DNA from: Dicyema japonicum
Taxonomy: Eukaryota > Animalia > Dicyemida
Direction of reading: 5' to 3'
NCBI GenBank assembly: GCA_011109175.1
Contig: RDEW01000034.1
Location: 242,140 to 306,139 of the forward strand
DNA length: 64,000 nt
Below are positions 61,200 through 64,000 of the stretch, piece by piece (the stretch's first letter is position 1; the number at the start of each line of letters is the position of its first letter). The notes under the pieces are model-generated. The model was not told the origin of the DNA and did not search any database. It worked only from the letters and a program-made list of their open reading frames with translations. A program made the position numbers and the translations under genes.

Positions 61200-61540
61200 A
61201 GTGCTGATAATAATAATATTTTGAGTACTATATACAAACAATACGTTGAACCATGCATCTCTTACGCAGTGATATCTGGGGCCCATTCATATCTTGGACA
61301 AATGTCTTGAAGATCGAGGCTAGGCGAAAAAGAGCCTCCAAAATCATGGAACGGTGGATTTTTGAAGAGTTCGGTCACCAATGCCTCTTAAAGCCATGAT
61401 ACGAATGAATCATGGAACGCGCTGTCGAAACAGCGAAGATTCAGTCATTCGACCAATAAGCTCTCGTGTAGGATCGAGGGAGAAGCATCAGGCCAAGATG
61501 AGGTCCCTGTTGGAGCATGTTGGGATCACGTGACTAGTTA
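61200..61540 (+). mobile_element. LINE RT C-terminal 3' end
   Basis: IYKQYVEPCISYA..W; homologous to 28055-28380. Confidence 0.7.
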
Positions 61541-61749
61541 GTTTATATTACCGTTGTCTCTAGTGTTATTATTATAATCGTCTGGATCAGGTAGCACACA
61601 TTTCGTACTGCGTCAATCGTTTTCATTTATTGTTGTAATAATTTGATAAAGAATTAGAACTTGTTCACAATTCCTTGGTTTAAGTCTATTGTAAGTTTTT
61701 TAAAGTTCTTGAATTGGTTTCAATGGTGCATAATATTAATTTATTACTA

Positions 61750-63184
61750 TCTCAATAATCTTCGCTTCCCCCAGTGACGATTTTGTTAAACTGTTTACTA
61801 TTATCTCTGTAGCTGCACAAAGTTCTCTTGAGCACTTTGCTTGTATATAATTTAGGCTTGAGAGAAGATTGCATTGCTCTCATCTCCAAGTAATCTCCAA
61901 TCGGAAGGATCTTTGAGTCCCAATGAAGATGATCGATAGGGTTGATATGAGAGAATTCGAAATTCAAAAATTTTGTTACTTAGAACCCGCCTTGATGTAG
62001 GATCAAACTACTTGATTAGGTCAATCTAGGCAAGGAATTTAATGAATTTCCTGTTCTTCCAGCCACTTCGACGCGTAAAGAATTTTTTCAAGTGGTTTCT
62101 TGACACCACGTTTGTGCTCGACAATCAAACTTTCTAATGTTTTCCTTAACACTCATAGGAGACAAAAAATCACATTGAGTTTAATTGTTGAATCTACCAG
62201 TGATTGAATGGAAGCAGTACAAAAGTGTCACTTTTAGAAGTATTTTAACGGGTCTGTCGTGGAAGAACTATTTTTTGTAAAATTAAACAGAATAATCAGA
62301 CAGTAATCAAATCCACATCAAGGCAACAGATTTCAAACTGCAAAATTTCGGGAGTTTAATGTCTTAATCAAAATGTGTCATGCCCTACATGATCTTCTTG
62401 ACTTCACAAGGACACTCACTAAAATTACTAGGATGACGAATTTGTGAAAAGAATTCATAACGTATTGTAATGAGTCGATCATATTTGGGATTTCCTGCAT
62501 TATTTTGACCTTTTCCTCAACTTGCTCAACCAACTGATAAGTGAATGATTTTAGTTTGAACTCTGTGTTCTTTATTAAGGTCGGAACCAGGACAATATTC
62601 TTGTTGATGTCGTTCCTGAATTCAATTAGAATTACAAACCTTTTATTTTCTAGTTCAAGCAATTTCTCTTTTTTATAATCTCCAGCACACAATTTTGTCA
62701 ATTAGCTTCGCCGATATATCATTTCTCTCTTTTGGAATAACGAGATTGTCACTTGTCTTATTTCTGAGTAACTTTTATACGACCACGATGGGTTTGAATT
62801 TGTATTTTATATGCACATTGGACCAGAGGACACAGTCGCTACAGATTAAAAAAGAACACGTGTTGCAGTGTATTTCCCTTTTTTTCTAGTGAACAGTCAA
62901 ACTAAATATATAACAGGTTTTTACAATTCTGAGAATCCTTGGGAATTCAGTGATGTTCCATTTTTCAATAACCTCACCAGCCCAACTACAGTTGACAAGA
63001 TTATCAATTTTAAGTGAGGACATGATTTTTGACATTTGTCTATCTACTTCTTCACACAGTCAAGACAACACATTTAGAGCAGTTTGGACAAAGGACAGCA
63101 TTTACTAGTTTATTGAAACAAATGAAACAAATAAAAATGTCTGCAATTAAAATAGAATTTATTGAACCAGAAAAACACCGTCAT
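61750..63184 (-). pseudogene. TRIM37: TRIM37-like RING-Bbox-coiled coil-MATH pseudogene
   Basis: DIFICFICFNKLVNAVLCPNCSKMCCLDCVKK*..SCPH..DNLVNCSWAGEV (RING, compare [35 protein letters not shown]). B-box HCNTCSFLICSDCVLWSNVH..FKPI. Coiled-coil ORF 62378-62701. MATH-like LHWDSKILPIG..DYL. In-frame stops and small deletions. Confidence 0.78.
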
Positions 63185-63229
63185 AGCCAGAATGAAAAAA
63201 ATGCAGGTGATCCCGGACTCCCTCAGACG

Positions 63230-63480
63230 TCTTCACATGCTCGGAATTGAAGGACGCCTCTTACTTGTATAACAATTCGGGTAGAATAATTCTCATAAAT
63301 ATGAAAAAGAACGTCTAAGTGTTGACACCCAGTTTTCGCGTACAGATATGTACGTGTAGCGTTTATTTTCTCCTTGGTTCAACATCCTCCAGAAATGAGG
63401 CTTCATGATTAATCGTAACACCCAGGTAGCTGAGCCATCGCACTTTTGGCACTCCGATCGCGTATGGCAGGCCATGGTGA
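63230..63480 (-). mobile_element. LINE RT thumb fragment
   Basis: LSYLGVTINHE..IILPELLY. Confidence 0.5.
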
Positions 63481-63699
63481 CTTCTGATAAGGCTGTTCAG
63501 AATCCGGTAATAATTTATCAAAAAGAGCATTGGGTTCTCAACCTGTGATGGGGATTTTACTAGGGAATAGCATGTCGACGGTACTATAATTTTGTGTTTC
63601 GAACCGTTTAGTAGATTACTTAGAACAGAACGATCACTAACTGACTGTTAATGTGATGATAAATGGATGGCATTTTGTATTTATTGATGATGTAAAGTT

Positions 63700-63950
63700 G
63701 ATGAGCATGAACCACTAGCCAGTTACTGAAATACATTGCCTTAGAAGTTGGCGACACAAAATCTGATAATAATGACCCGTATGTGATGAGTTAACACAAG
63801 TGCTAGAGGAACATGAAACGTTAAACCACAGTCCCTTGTCAGATACAAAAACGAATCGGTAGAGTAATTGAAAGAGCAATCCGAATTTGGAAGGCAGATA
63901 TAAATGCAAAGAATTCATTCCAAACAACGATCGACCATTCATTTTTCTGT
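63700..63950 (-). pseudogene. Possible ubiquitin-specific protease His-box remnant
   Basis: NSSHTGHYYQIL....TG*WF resembles the USP H-x-G..GHY..W box. Single short motif only. Confidence 0.25.
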
Positions 63951-64000
63951 TTAACTGCTATATTAAACTGATTGAGTTCGAGCTAGAAGATTATGTTGAT

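Noticed and set aside
28055-61540. Opposite-polarity (TTAG)n versus (CTAA)n LINE tails
   Set aside because: The TTAG tails are only ~2 units, and other ttagttag hits lie inside coding sequence (TKLTNS). Too weak.
1988-63250. Most of the short (60-100 aa) ORFs in the supplied track, e.g. 1988-2230, 10564-10800, 32983-33249, 40080-40325, 63029-63250
   Set aside because: They are antisense or off-frame shadows of TE and pseudogene sequence, or AT-rich chance ORFs with no recognisable motifs.
1-64000. Hammerhead ribozyme cores (CTGANGA hits at ~1170, 1961, 19780, 46273, 51583, 55216)
   Set aside because: None has a paired stem II followed by GAAA plus a matching stem I/III cleavage site.

Overview
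AT-rich eukaryotic (animal) genomic DNA, not prokaryotic. I found no CRISPR array, rRNA or convincing tRNA. Host genes are broken up by ultra-short (21-30 nt) GT-AG introns. Together with a POU homeobox gene and an axonemal dynein, this points to a highly reduced ciliated animal, most like a dicyemid mesozoan (inference). Three genes look potentially functional: ornithine aminotransferase (OAT, 8 micro-introns, minus strand), an SLC17/ACS-family MFS transporter (minus) and an intronless, very divergent POU-domain factor (minus). OAT and SLC17 each have an apparent 1-nt homopolymer frameshift, probably assembly error. Decayed, unprocessed pseudogenes of SAMHD1, TRIM37 and an outer-arm dynein heavy chain are also present. 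The dynein is split near one point in AAA2 by an ~8.3 kb block that starts with a CRE retrotransposon 5' part, ends with a CRE 3' end and contains the intact-looking OAT gene. The rest is a dense mosaic of 0.1-1.7 kb fragments of non-LTR retrotransposons (CRE, R4/Dong-like resembling microsporidian elements, NeSL/Utopia-like, RTE, Jockey/I-like, L2/CR1-like), plus Ginger-like integrase and Tc1-like remnants. All family and gene calls come from manual translation and remembered family motifs; no database search was run. Coordinates of degraded elements are approximate.
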